Assembly (NCBI GenBank): GCA_009917695.1
Contig: JAACJG010000004.1
Location: 211,321-275,320 of the forward strand
Length of the DNA: 64,000 nucleotides
Direction: 5' to 3'
Source of the DNA: Candidatus Rifleibacterium amylolyticum
GTDB taxonomy: Bacteria; Muiribacteriota; Ozemobacteria; Ozemobacterales; Ozemobacteraceae
Part shown: in pieces, positions 45,125 through 53,979 of the stretch
Position numbering within the stretch: position 1 is the stretch's first letter
How the letters are laid out: each line of letters begins with the position of its first letter
Notes under the pieces: model-generated
Databases searched by the model: none
Told to the model about the DNA's origin: nothing
The model's input: only the letters and a program-made list of their open reading frames with translations
Position numbers and translations under genes: made by a program

Positions 45125-47686
45125 ATGAAGCCAATCCGGACATTTATCGTGGTTCCCAGTCTGCCCGAATCTCTGGCTCCGCTCAAAGAGCTCGCCTACA
45201 ATCTCTGGTGGTGCTGGAACCCTGAAGCAATAGCGCTGTGGCGCCGACTTGACCCGGTCGAATGGGAAACAACCTACCACAACCCGGTAAAGATGCTGGG
45301 CTCGATTTCGCAGGAACGTCTCGAAGCTAAATCGCGCGACGAAGCCTTTCTTGCCAATCTTACCCGCGTTCACGAACATTTTAAAGCCTACATGGAAGAT
45401 CGCCAGACCTGGTTCGCCAAGAACCACGGCTACCGCGAGCGACCGGTCGTTGCCTATTACTCTGCTGAATTCGGCCTGACCGAAAGTGTACGCCTCTATT
45501 CAGGCGGCCTCGGCATGCTCGCCGGCGACCATCTCAAGTCTGCTTCCGATCTCGGTATTCCGCTCGTCGGTATCGGCATGCTTTACCGCGTTGGCTACTT
45601 CCAGCAGAAGCTCAATGCCGGAGGCTACCAGCAGGAAGTCTACCCCGAAAACGATTTTCACAATATGCCGATTGAACCGGTTAAAGACAGTTCCGGCAAG
45701 CACCTGCGCATCAGCGTGCAGTTGCCCGGTCGTTCTCTCTACTGTCTGATCTGGAAGCTTCAGGTCGGGCGCGTGCCTCTTTATCTGCTCGACACCGACA
45801 CTCCCGAGAACTCAGCCGGCGATCGCTGGATTACTCGTGAGCTTTATGGTGGCGATACTGAAACCCGCATCATGCAGGAAATAGTGCTCGGTATCGGCGG
45901 TTTGCGTGCTCTGCACGCCCTCGATCTGCACCCCTGCGTCTATCACATGAACGAAGGTCACTCGGCTTTCCTGGCGCTCGAGCGCATAGCCGTTGCCATG
46001 GAACGCCACCAGATGACTTTCCGCGAAGCACTTGAGCTGACCCGTTCCGGTAACGTCTTTACCACGCATACGCCGGTTCCGGCCGGTATCGACGTGTTTA
46101 CCCGTGAGCTGATGGACAAATATTTCTCACAGTATTACTCGAAGCTCGGCATCAGCTGGCAGGAATTTCTCGATCTTGGCTGGCAGAACAACACGCCCAA
46201 AGGCGATGGATTCTCGATGGCCGTCTGCGCGCTCAATCTCTGCGGCGAAGCAAACGGCGTCAGCAAGCTGCACGGCAAGGTTTCGCGCCAGATGTGGGGT
46301 AATCTCTATCCGCAGGTGCCTTTCCAGGAAATCCCGATCAAGTCGATTACCAACGGCGTTCATACACATTCATACGTTTCTACCGAAATGTCGGCGCTGT
46401 TCGATCGTTATCTCGGGCCGCGCTGGGTCATGAATCCCGGTGATCAGACAGTCTGGGATAAAATAGAAATGATCCCGATGGAAGAACTCTGGCGAACGCA
46501 TGAGCGCCGGCGTGAGCGCCTCGTTGCCTTTGCCCGCAGCCGCCTCGAAAAGCAGCTGCGCCACCGCAACGCGCCCCCTTCCGAAATCGCCCAGGCTGCC
46601 GAAGTGCTTGATCCTGAAGTTCTGACCATAGGATTTGCCCGCCGCTTTGCCACCTACAAGCGCGCGACACTGCTGTTCAAGGATCTTGACCGCCTTATCA
46701 GAATTCTCACCAACAAAGACAAGCCGATTCAGATTATTGTTGCCGGTAAAGCGCATCCCAAAGATGAACCCGGCAAGAACTTCATAAAGGAAATCGTCAA
46801 ACAGAGCAATGACCCGCGTCTGCGTCGCCACATCGTTTTTATTGAAGACTACGATGTCGTGGTTGCGCGTTACCTCGTGCAGGGAGTCGATGTCTGGCTC
46901 AACAACCCGCGTCGCCCACAGGAAGCCAGCGGCACCTCAGGTATGAAAGCAGCAGCTAACGGCGTTCTCAATCTTTCCATTCTCGATGGCTGGTGGGATG
47001 AAGCTTATGAGCCCGGTATCGGCTGGGCTATCGGCACCCGCGAAGAGTATGCCGATTCTGACTATCAGGACGAAATCGAAGCTAACTCGCTTTATGAGCT
47101 GCTGGAAAAGGAAGTTGCGCCGACCTTTTACGACCTGTCGAGCGACCATCTGCCGCGGCGCTGGATCACCATGATGAAAGACTGCATGCGCAAGGTCAAC
47201 CCGGTGTTCAATACCAACCGTATGGTTGCCGAATACAATGACCGTTTCTACGTGCCGGCTGATAAACGCTACGGTGCTCTTTCAGATAACGACCGCAAGC
47301 GTGCCCGCGAACTTGCCGCCTGGCTCGACAACGTGCGCAGCAACTGGAAGGCAATCAGAATCGAACACATCGAAGCCAATGGCAGTCCGGAACATCATGT
47401 TGGTGATCTCATCGAAGTCAAGGCGCGCGTCAATCTCGCCGGCCTCAAGGCTTCAGATGTGCTGGTTCAGGTTTTCTACGGCCAGATGAAGAGCGAAGAC
47501 GATGTGCGCCAGGGCGACATTCTCGATCTCAAACTGGTGAAGCAGGAAGGTTCTATCGCCGAATTCAAGGGTGGTATTCCGCTTACCACCAGCGGCAAGA
47601 TGGGCCTGGCCGTGCGCCTGCTGCCGTCACACGCCGATCTCGTTCACCCGCTGCTGACCGGCCACATTCTCTGGGCCAACAACTGA
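45125..47686 (+). CDS. glgP: Alpha-glucan (glycogen/maltodextrin) phosphorylase, GT35 family
   Basis: MKPIRTFIVVPSLPESLAPLKELAYNLWWCWNPEA (DUF3417-type N-terminus) followed by EGHSAFL...TTHTPVPAGID and the PLP-lysine region; 853 aa. Confidence 0.85.
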   Translation: MKPIRTFIVVPSLPESLAPLKELAYNLWWCWNPEAIALWRRLDPVEWETTYHNPVKMLGSISQERLEAKSRDEAFLANLTRVHEHFKAYMEDRQTWFAKNHGYRERPVVAYYSAEFGLTESVRLYSGGLGMLAGDHLKSASDLGIPLVGIGMLYRVGYFQQKLNAGGYQQEVYPENDFHNMPIEPVKDSSGKHLRISVQLPGRSLYCLIWKLQVGRVPLYLLDTDTPENSAGDRWITRELYGGDTETRIMQEIVLGIGGLRALHALDLHPCVYHMNEGHSAFLALERIAVAMERHQMTFREALELTRSGNVFTTHTPVPAGIDVFTRELMDKYFSQYYSKLGISWQEFLDLGWQNNTPKGDGFSMAVCALNLCGEANGVSKLHGKVSRQMWGNLYPQVPFQEIPIKSITNGVHTHSYVSTEMSALFDRYLGPRWVMNPGDQTVWDKIEMIPMEELWRTHERRRERLVAFARSRLEKQLRHRNAPPSEIAQAAEVLDPEVLTIGFARRFATYKRATLLFKDLDRLIRILTNKDKPIQIIVAGKAHPKDEPGKNFIKEIVKQSNDPRLRRHIVFIEDYDVVVARYLVQGVDVWLNNPRRPQEASGTSGMKAAANGVLNLSILDGWWDEAYEPGIGWAIGTREEYADSDYQDEIEANSLYELLEKEVAPTFYDLSSDHLPRRWITMMKDCMRKVNPVFNTNRMVAEYNDRFYVPADKRYGALSDNDRKRARELAAWLDNVRSNWKAIRIEHIEANGSPEHHVGDLIEVKARVNLAGLKASDVLVQVFYGQMKSEDDVRQGDILDLKLVKQEGSIAEFKGGIPLTTSGKMGLAVRLLPSHADLVHPLLTGHILWANN

Positions 47687-47705
47687 TTCTCTGACTTTAC
47701 ATAAA

Positions 47706-47741
47706 AGCCCCCGGCGACACCAGTTCGCCGGGGGCTTTCTT
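47706..47741 (+). terminator. Rho-independent terminator after glgP
   Basis: GCCCCCGGCG-acaccagtt-CGCCGGGGGC followed by TTTCTTT. Confidence 0.75.
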
Positions 47742-47752
47742 TAACCATTCAT

Positions 47753-47963
47753 TATCCGCAGATTTCGTATGATTTTTCGTGCTCAGCAGCGCGGTAATCG
47801 TAATCGTTCTCGTAATCGGCGTCATAATCGTTGACTTCAGAAGCCGCGATTACGACCAAAGCGTAGTGCGATGGTTGTGTTGTTTGCAGTCATTCTGCGC
47901 GCAGCGAAGCGAAGTCGCAGAATCCATTTTCGATGCTTGAGCAAACTTTTCTACAAATCTGCG
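47753..47963. mobile_element. MITE-like element of about 210 bp bounded by inverted ends TTATCCGCAGATTTCG ... CAAATCTGCGGCAATCGG. It contains a CGTAATCG-rich module and a GTCATTCTGCGCG palindrome.
   Basis: Terminal inverted repeats can be read directly. The same end sequence, TTATCCGCAGATT, recurs at 44765, 61888 and 62041, and in reverse orientation at 53031 and 62274. Confidence 0.45.
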
Positions 47964-47992
47964 GCAATCGGTGAAATCGGTGGATTGTCTTC

Positions 47993-48907
47993 TCAGAATT
48001 TGTATTCGTATTCGGCGGTGAAGTGCCAATAGCCAAACTCGTCGTCTTTGAGCTTGTTGAAAAGGTTTGGCATCAGGCCCGGCGTGTCTTTCTGCAGGCT
48101 CATGCTCATCAGGCCCATCTGCGACATTTCGGTGCCGAACTGCGTGTAGCCGTCGAGAAAAGCACCGCCGCCAACGCTGAGTTTGAAGCCCTTGAACGGT
48201 CGGTAGCCGAGCTTGCCGATGAAGGTTTTGCGCATAGAATAGGTGTCGGCTTTCGACAGATTGAGTTCGCCCGACCAGGTCATGCGGTGCCAGACGGTGC
48301 CGGCCAGGCCGATGCTGGCGCTTTTGGCGTCGAGTTTATGGCGCCCCTGCTCGATAGTGCCGAAGCTGGCTTTGGCCATAACCATCAGATGCTGGTTGAC
48401 CCAGTGGTTGATTTCACCCTTGAAGGCGTTGGAACTGGCTTCGTTAAGGTATATGGTCGCCAGTCCGCGCCGGTAAGGTTTGGGTGTCAGTTCTTCGTTG
48501 GCATAGCCGACGGTCGCGGCAGTTCGCGAAAAATCGTTGCCGTGGCAGTCCATGCAGCTGTTGGCGCCGGGTTTGAGATCTTTCGAACGATAAACCTGAA
48601 CGTCGATTACATCGCGGGTATAGTCGAAATCGAAGCGTGTGGCTGACCCACGCAGCTCTACATCGCTTTCACTGTGGGTATAACGCACGCGTTTGAACCC
48701 TTCAACGCTGATAAAATTGCGCCATTCATTGGCCGTGCGGCCTTCGAACGATTTGGGAACATGCAGTTGCAGGCGGTCGTGCCCGATCTTAACGCTCTGC
48801 CCGATATCAGCGCCAGCCGGCGAACCGATTTCCCACATTTCTGCTGCCGTTGCCGACCCAACCAGGCCTATTGCCAGACATACCACAAACAAAACTATCT
48901 TTTTCAA
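47993..48907 (-). CDS. Putative outer-membrane beta-barrel protein carrying a single CxxCH heme-binding motif
   Basis: A signal peptide (MKKIVLFVVCLAIGLVGSATAA) and a C-terminal YEYKF with alternating aromatics (OMP beta-signal). CMDCH lies at about residue 120. Confidence 0.5.
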   Translation of the reverse strand: MKKIVLFVVCLAIGLVGSATAAEMWEIGSPAGADIGQSVKIGHDRLQLHVPKSFEGRTANEWRNFISVEGFKRVRYTHSESDVELRGSATRFDFDYTRDVIDVQVYRSKDLKPGANSCMDCHGNDFSRTAATVGYANEELTPKPYRRGLATIYLNEASSNAFKGEINHWVNQHLMVMAKASFGTIEQGRHKLDAKSASIGLAGTVWHRMTWSGELNLSKADTYSMRKTFIGKLGYRPFKGFKLSVGGGAFLDGYTQFGTEMSQMGLMSMSLQKDTPGLMPNLFNKLKDDEFGYWHFTAEYEYKF

Positions 48908-49096
48908 GCTGATGCCTCTTTGTTGATTTAATGTCTGAGCATGCTATCAGATAAGCCCCAATTTGTCACGACCCCAGCACAACCTGTTTCAGAAAGCCTT
49001 GTTATTCGCAGATTAAGCCGATCTCCGCAGAATAAAGCCGAAAACCCTCACGCAGAGGCGCAGAGGGGCAAGGCCAGAACAACTGTATCCAGCTCT

Positions 49097-49402
49097 TTAA
49101 TCATCTTCAGTCTTGACCAGTTTTTGCCATTTCAGAGGATTTTGTCTCAGATGCATGAATGCGTAGACGACAATCTCTTTGTCTGTATGGCGATATATCA
49201 TTGCGTAAGGAAACCTGTTCAACAGGCATCTTCTGGTTGTTTCTATAAAATGAGGCCAGGCATCAGGATACGCCGCTATTCTTCTCAGACACTCCCTTGC
49301 TTCGGCGGCAAGATCGTATCCGAGCCCCGGGTATTGTTCGTTGTAGTAATCCACTGCCGCTGCCAATTCAGCTTCAGCACACGACAGGATGCGAACTTTC
49401 AT
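49097..49402 (-). CDS. Type II toxin-antitoxin system RelE/ParE-family toxin
   Basis: The 101-aa protein MKVRILSCAEAELAAAVDYYNEQ...RRCLLNRFPYAMIYRHTDKEIVVYAFMHLRQNP fits the ParE/RelE fold pattern. Confidence 0.65.
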   Translation of the reverse strand: MKVRILSCAEAELAAAVDYYNEQYPGLGYDLAAEARECLRRIAAYPDAWPHFIETTRRCLLNRFPYAMIYRHTDKEIVVYAFMHLRQNPLKWQKLVKTEDD

Positions 49403-49623
49403 CGCTTTGCCAGTCGTTTGAAGACATTTTCAGATGAATCCGCTGTTATCTTTCCGGCATCATAGGCGGCAACCCTGTCCTTGACTTCTTTCTTCCATTT
49501 TTTCTCAAATGTCGCATCGTATATCGACGAGAAACTGAAAAACAGCCGGTTCAACAGCTCTGCCCGGTCGACCGGGTCAAGTTGCATCGCATCTTTTAAA
49601 ACAGCTTCCAAGCCTGTTACCAT
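49399..49623 (-). CDS. Putative addiction-module antitoxin (small helical protein upstream of the toxin, overlapping it)
   Basis: 74 aa with an ATGA overlap to the toxin; resembles the putative addiction module component family (LDPVDRAELLNRL). Confidence 0.5.
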   Translation of the reverse strand: MVTGLEAVLKDAMQLDPVDRAELLNRLFFSFSSIYDATFEKKWKKEVKDRVAAYDAGKITADSSENVFKRLAKR

Positions 49624-49817
49624 TTCGCTCTTCCTTTATCAAACTACATTAATTATAACATCTGCCATAAGCAAGATCAATTCAGTAAAACGGTGCAGTC
49701 TGCAAAAATCACGCAGAAATATTTTCCCCAAATCGTTTTTCAGCTGATTAACATATGGAGTGTCAATGGCAACACCGCTTGCCCGCTCCAGAATGCCGAA
49801 TTTTGAAGGAAGAATAT

Positions 49818-50846
49818 ATGACAGGAACTTATATTGGCCAGGATGTCGAGCCAAAGATCTACTCGATACTCAATGACTTTGCCTTTCAGTGGATATTCGG
49901 GCGCGAGGGCAACGAAAAGCTTACCATCAGTCTGCTGAACGCGATTCTGCGATTCGAAGACGACCGGCGCATCGAAGAGTTGCACTATCTCAACCCGTTC
50001 AACATGCGGCGCTTCAGAAGAGACAAGCTGACGGTTGTAGATGTTAAGGCCCGCGACTGCCGGGGGCGCTGGTATAACATCGAGGCCCAGGCCTGCGAAC
50101 ATGAGGCTTATATTGCCAGAACCGCATATTATGTGGCTAAGCTCTATTCGAGTCAGATCTTCGCCGGCGACAATTGCACCGCTTTGAACTCGGCGACGAG
50201 TATTTCGATCATGAACTTCGACCTGTTCGAAAACTCTGATCAGGTTCACGAAATATTCGAACTGCGCAATCGTAACGGCCAGCTGGTTCTTGATAACAGC
50301 ATGTCGCTGCATTATATAGACCTGACCAAATTCAACCGTGACAAGCCGCGTTCTCTGCGCACGCCATTTGAAAAGTGGCTCGATCTGATGAAATTTTCTC
50401 ACATTTACGGTAAAATAGGAGTAGAGATACCGCCATATCTCGACGAGGAGGTTTACGCCATGGCAATCGCCCAGCACCGACAACTCAATGCCAACGAAAA
50501 AATGCGTCGCCGCATGGAAGAGCGCGAGCGCTGCGAACTTGATATAGCTCTAATCCGCGGTGCCGCCTACGATAAAGGCGTTGCTCGCGGCCACTCTCTC
50601 GGCAAAACAGAAGGTCTGATAGAAGGCCTGGCAAAAGGCAAAATAGAAGGCAAAGCAGAAGGCAGGGGAGAAGGAGCTGCTGGCGTTATCAAAACTGTTC
50701 TTGTTTCGCGCTTTGGGGAAGTGCCCGCCGAACTTCTTGCGCGCATCGATGAGGTCAGCGTCCTTGCAGCTTTGCAGCAACTGGCGGCTGCAGCAGCCAC
50801 CGCCAACAGTCTCGACGACTTCGCAGCTCACCTGCCTCCGGTTTGA
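49818..50846 (+). CDS. Rpn-family (YhgA-like) PD-(D/E)XK recombination-promoting nuclease / putative transposase
   Basis: An N-terminal nuclease core (ILNDFAFQWIFGREGNEKLTISLLNAIL...DVKARDCRGRWYNIEAQ) and a C-terminal repetitive tail (GKTEGLIEGLAKGKIEGKAEGRGEG). The ATG at 49818 follows GAAGGAAG. Confidence 0.75.
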   Translation: MTGTYIGQDVEPKIYSILNDFAFQWIFGREGNEKLTISLLNAILRFEDDRRIEELHYLNPFNMRRFRRDKLTVVDVKARDCRGRWYNIEAQACEHEAYIARTAYYVAKLYSSQIFAGDNCTALNSATSISIMNFDLFENSDQVHEIFELRNRNGQLVLDNSMSLHYIDLTKFNRDKPRSLRTPFEKWLDLMKFSHIYGKIGVEIPPYLDEEVYAMAIAQHRQLNANEKMRRRMEERERCELDIALIRGAAYDKGVARGHSLGKTEGLIEGLAKGKIEGKAEGRGEGAAGVIKTVLVSRFGEVPAELLARIDEVSVLAALQQLAAAAATANSLDDFAAHLPPV

Positions 50847-50990
50847 GCTGAAAAGACAAACCGCCGATGCGACAATTTCGCACAATAATGCCGGAAGATT
50901 TCACGCAGAGCTGCTGAGACATAGAGGCGCAAGTTTACTGCCCGTCACTGGTCGGATCGTTCGCGAGTCATAGGAAGTAACGATTTTGCA

Positions 50991-51443
50991 CTATTGTGGC
51001 TTTGGACTGATCAGTTTGTATTTCTGTAGAGATTCGCCGGGAGTCATTATCGGGATTGGAAAATTTTTCTGCACTTCAGGGTTCAGGATATGTTTGCGGT
51101 CGAGTGAGATCAGAATATCGGCTTTGCCCTTTATGGCGCCGGCCAGAACGTGGGTATCCTTAGCATGTGTAAATTTTTGCCACGTTTCATTTTCCTGGCT
51201 GTTAGGGCTATCTACCAGAAGCAGCGGGAGCGGTTCGAGTGTTTTGAAAAACCATTGCCAGAGAGCATGGCCGAGAAGGTCGATGATATTGCTCTGCGCT
51301 TCGTTAAGGATTTTGGCAGTTGCCAGCAGTAGAATTTTCTTTTCAGCAGCTACTGCGAGCAGGCGCGCACTGCCGCCGGCTGGAGAGTTTGCGGCGGTTA
51401 CCAGAATGCAGGCATCCAGAAACAGTCTGGGCTTTTCCTTCAT
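50991..51443 (-). CDS. PIN-domain protein (VapC-like toxin)
   Basis: LFLDACILVTAANSP... fits the PIN fold acidic-residue pattern. Translation is coupled (ATGA) to the upstream ribbon-helix-helix gene. Confidence 0.6.
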   Translation of the reverse strand: MKEKPRLFLDACILVTAANSPAGGSARLLAVAAEKKILLLATAKILNEAQSNIIDLLGHALWQWFFKTLEPLPLLLVDSPNSQENETWQKFTHAKDTHVLAGAIKGKADILISLDRKHILNPEVQKNFPIPIMTPGESLQKYKLISPKPQ

Positions 51444-51688
51444 ATCTGATCTTCGCGAGTGAATTCATCAAGCTGTTTTTTCGTATAACGCCGCAGTTTT
51501 TCGGAACTCTCTGCCGTTAGCAGCAGCTGGTATGCTTCGGCAAATGAGGTCTCTCTGACGCCTTTCTGTCGGGTGATTATCTGAATAGCTTTCATAAGCA
51601 GTTCAGACATGCTGATTCCTGTCGTTGCCGACAAGATCTTGAGTTCCCGGTGAGTTTCTTCAGACAGGCGCAGGGTAAGCGTTTTCAT
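51440..51688 (-). CDS. Ribbon-helix-helix (CopG-like) antitoxin paired with the PIN protein
   Basis: MKTLTLRLSEETHRELKILSATTGISMSELLMKAI is an RHH signature. The ATG at 51688 follows GGAGGTCACC. Confidence 0.55.
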   Translation of the reverse strand: MKTLTLRLSEETHRELKILSATTGISMSELLMKAIQIITRQKGVRETSFAEAYQLLLTAESSEKLRRYTKKQLDEFTREDQI

Positions 51689-51775
51689 GGTGACCTCCAG
51701 ACCAAAACAATTCTCTAATATAAGTATAGCATGATTGATAAAACATTCAATCATGCAAATTATCAGACACAAAAT

Positions 51776-51912
51776 CGGCGTCAGGATCGTGCTGAAACGC
51801 CAGCGTAGGCGGAGATTCGCGCAATCAGCGGTTTGATTATTCGGAGAGGCTGAATGTCAATGAAGAGACTTAACTACCGCCAGCAATGAAGTAAGGTGTC
51901 CCCCGAACCCAA
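51776..51912. repeat. Repeat-A copy 1, about 140 bp (...GGATCGYGC..AGCGTAGGCGG..GAGATTCGCGCAATC..GCGG..TTATTCGG...GGTGTCCCCCGAAC)
   Basis: Aligns at roughly 80% identity with 53524-53657; partial copy at 53031-53118. Confidence 0.55.
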
Positions 51913-52090
51913 TTTGCGCGCCATTTCTGCGGCGCAAATGTATAAGGCCATCCATGGCCAAAAAGCCGCAGCTCTGAGGTTAATCTCACTGTTCGACAAC
52001 GATTTCAGCACTTATTGCCAGGATACAGGCTTTGCATTATACTGAACCATACTGAATTTTGTTGTGAAATGCGCATAGCGAGGTATTTCA

Positions 52091-53032
52091 ATGCAACCGG
52101 CTATTTATCTCAATCCCTTTACCGACTTTGGCTTCAAAAAGCTGTTTGGCGAAGAATACAACAAAGATCTGCTGATCGACTTCCTCAACCAGCTTCTCAA
52201 AAAAGAGCAGGGCCGTATCAAAACTCTGACTTACCTCAAAAACGAGCACCTCGGCCGCTCCGAAGCCGATCGCCGCGCCGTTTACGACCTTTACTGCGAG
52301 AATGAACAGGGCGAGAAATTTATCGTTGAGATACAGAAGTCAAAACAGAAGTTCTTCAAGGATCGCGCACTTTATTATTCGACTTTTCCGATCGCAGAGC
52401 AGGGAAAGGTCGGCGATTGGGATTTCGAGCTGAAAGCTGTCTATACCGTTGCGATTCTTGACTTTGTCTTCGACGAAGACAGATGCGATGCTGAGAAGTA
52501 TCGTTACGACGTCAAACTCACCGATATCGAAACTTACAAGGTTTTCTACGACAAGCTGACTTTTGTATACCTTGAAATGCCCAAATTCGAGAAAACTCTC
52601 GAAGAACTCGAAACTCGCTTTGACAAATGGCTCTATGTACTGAAAAACCTTGAGCGCCTGCACGATATCCCCGAAAAGCTCAAGGATCGTATCTTCAGAA
52701 AACTGTTCGCCGCCGCCGAAATAGCCAAATTCACTCCTGAAGAGGCCAGAGCCTACGAAGACAGCCTGAAGGTTTACCGTGACCTCAAGAATTCAATCGA
52801 CACTGCCCGCGAAGAAGGCCGTGAAGAAGGTCGCGAAGAAGGTATTGCACAAGTTGCGAAAAATCTGCTGCGAATGGGTCAGTCTATTGTAGACGTGAGC
52901 AAAGCAACTGGTTTATCACTCGAAGCCCTCGATAAAATACAGGCTTCAGATGGCAACAGCGTAAAAGAACCCGCCGCACCCTACAAAACCACCAGAAAGC
53001 CCAAAAAACCGTCAGTCCGTTTTAAAAAGTAA
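52091..53032 (+). CDS. Rpn-family (YhgA-like) PD-(D/E)XK nuclease / putative transposase, second divergent copy
   Basis: MQPAIYLNPFTDFGFKKLFGEEYNKDLLIDFLNQLL...DLYCENEQGEKFIVEIQ with a C-terminal REEGREEGREEG repeat. Confidence 0.75.
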   Translation: MQPAIYLNPFTDFGFKKLFGEEYNKDLLIDFLNQLLKKEQGRIKTLTYLKNEHLGRSEADRRAVYDLYCENEQGEKFIVEIQKSKQKFFKDRALYYSTFPIAEQGKVGDWDFELKAVYTVAILDFVFDEDRCDAEKYRYDVKLTDIETYKVFYDKLTFVYLEMPKFEKTLEELETRFDKWLYVLKNLERLHDIPEKLKDRIFRKLFAAAEIAKFTPEEARAYEDSLKVYRDLKNSIDTAREEGREEGREEGIAQVAKNLLRMGQSIVDVSKATGLSLEALDKIQASDGNSVKEPAAPYKTTRKPKKPSVRFKK

Positions 53033-53118
53033 TCTGCGGTTGCTGTTATTCGGGGGGGCTGAATGTTCTGAAGAGATCTAACTGCTGCCAGCATTTAGTA
53101 AGGTGTCCCCCCGAGCCC
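53031..53118. repeat. Repeat-A copy 2 (3' portion) immediately after the second rpn gene
   Basis: AATCTGCGGTTGCTGTTATTCGGGGGGGCTGAATGTTCTGAAGAGATCTAACTGC...GGTGTCCCCCCGAGCCC. Confidence 0.55.
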
Positions 53119-53148
53119 AGATGTCAGATTCTGTAACCTGTTACTTTT

Positions 53149-53370
53149 TCAGGCTACGAGTCTGGCGTTTGCAATCTCTTTTGGGCCAATGACCCTTAGT
53201 TGCGAAGCTTTAAGCGTTAAAACCGCCAGAGTTTCGCCTGACAGTGTCGTGAATTCAACCTCATAACCTTTGCCGGCATGTTCAAGAACTTCTGCGCCGA
53301 TATCTCCTGCCAACAGGCCATGCTCGGGCAGATCTACGGCCAGAGCAACTATATCCAGCTCTTTGATCAT
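53149..53370 (-). CDS. DUF4926-like small protein
   Basis: MIKELDIVALAVDLPEHGLLAGDIGAEVLEHAGKGYEVEFTT... matches the DUF4926 pattern. The ATG at 53370 is 8 nt after AAGGAG. Confidence 0.5.
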   Translation of the reverse strand: MIKELDIVALAVDLPEHGLLAGDIGAEVLEHAGKGYEVEFTTLSGETLAVLTLKASQLRVIGPKEIANARLVA

Positions 53371-53523
53371 CTTTTCAGCTCCTTGAGGATGGGTAAAGGA
53401 TATGCGGTTACCAGTCTGGGTGTTTGTTCGCCGTGTTCGATAAACCATATCGCTTTTACTAATGGCTTTCTAATACTTGCTTTCTGCCGCTTCACTGAAA
53501 ATAAAAAAGACTCGTTAACAATC

Positions 53524-53657
53524 TGCGCCAGGATCGCGCCGAAGAGGCAACGTAGGCGGGAGAGATTCGCGCAATCCGCGGTTGCTGTTATTCGGGGGGC
53601 TGAATGTTCTGAAGAGATTCAACTGCCTTCAGTGATTAAGTAAGATGTCCCCCGAAC
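53524..53657. repeat. Repeat-A copy 3
   Basis: CCAGGATCGCGCCGAAGAGGCAACGTAGGCGGGAGAGATTCGCGCAATCCGCGGTTGCTGTTATTCGGGGGGCTGAATGTTCTGAAGAGATTCAACTGCCTTCAG...GATGTCCCCCGAACCCC. Confidence 0.55.
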
Positions 53658-53979
53658 CCCAGGCGACTCACCGACACTCGGCCATCCATGGCCTTCGGTC
53701 GCGGCGCACGAAATCCGGGCTGCGCCTTTGATACTCACCCATCCATGGCCTTCGCGGGGAGGTTCTGCCGATGAAGCAGTCTCATCGTTAACTGGACAGT
53801 TGCGTTTAGAACAGTGTTTTTGATCTGAAATCGTTGGCGAAATCTGCGTCAATTAGCACAATCAAGGGTTTGCAGCCGTTGTCGGCATTTTCATTGCCGC
53901 AAATACAATATTTGTAATATAGGTGCAGCTGGTTATTTGTCTGAAACTATTAGAAAAAGCTATGCTTTGCGCATTTCTA

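Noticed and set aside
48941-49465. 174-aa plus-strand ORF overlapping the RelE/antitoxin pair
   Set aside because: It is antisense to a well-formed, translationally coupled TA pair, and its composition is low-complexity.
49740-50483. 247-aa minus-strand ORF across rpn copy 1
   Set aside because: It is antisense to the Rpn gene, which has a clear nuclease core; there is no supporting signal.
53371-53448. N-terminal extension of the DUF4926 gene (MVYRTRRTNTQTGNRISFTHPQGAEK)
   Set aside because: There is no RBS. The internal ATG at 53370 has AAGGAG-8-ATG and starts with the conserved DUF4926 N-terminus.
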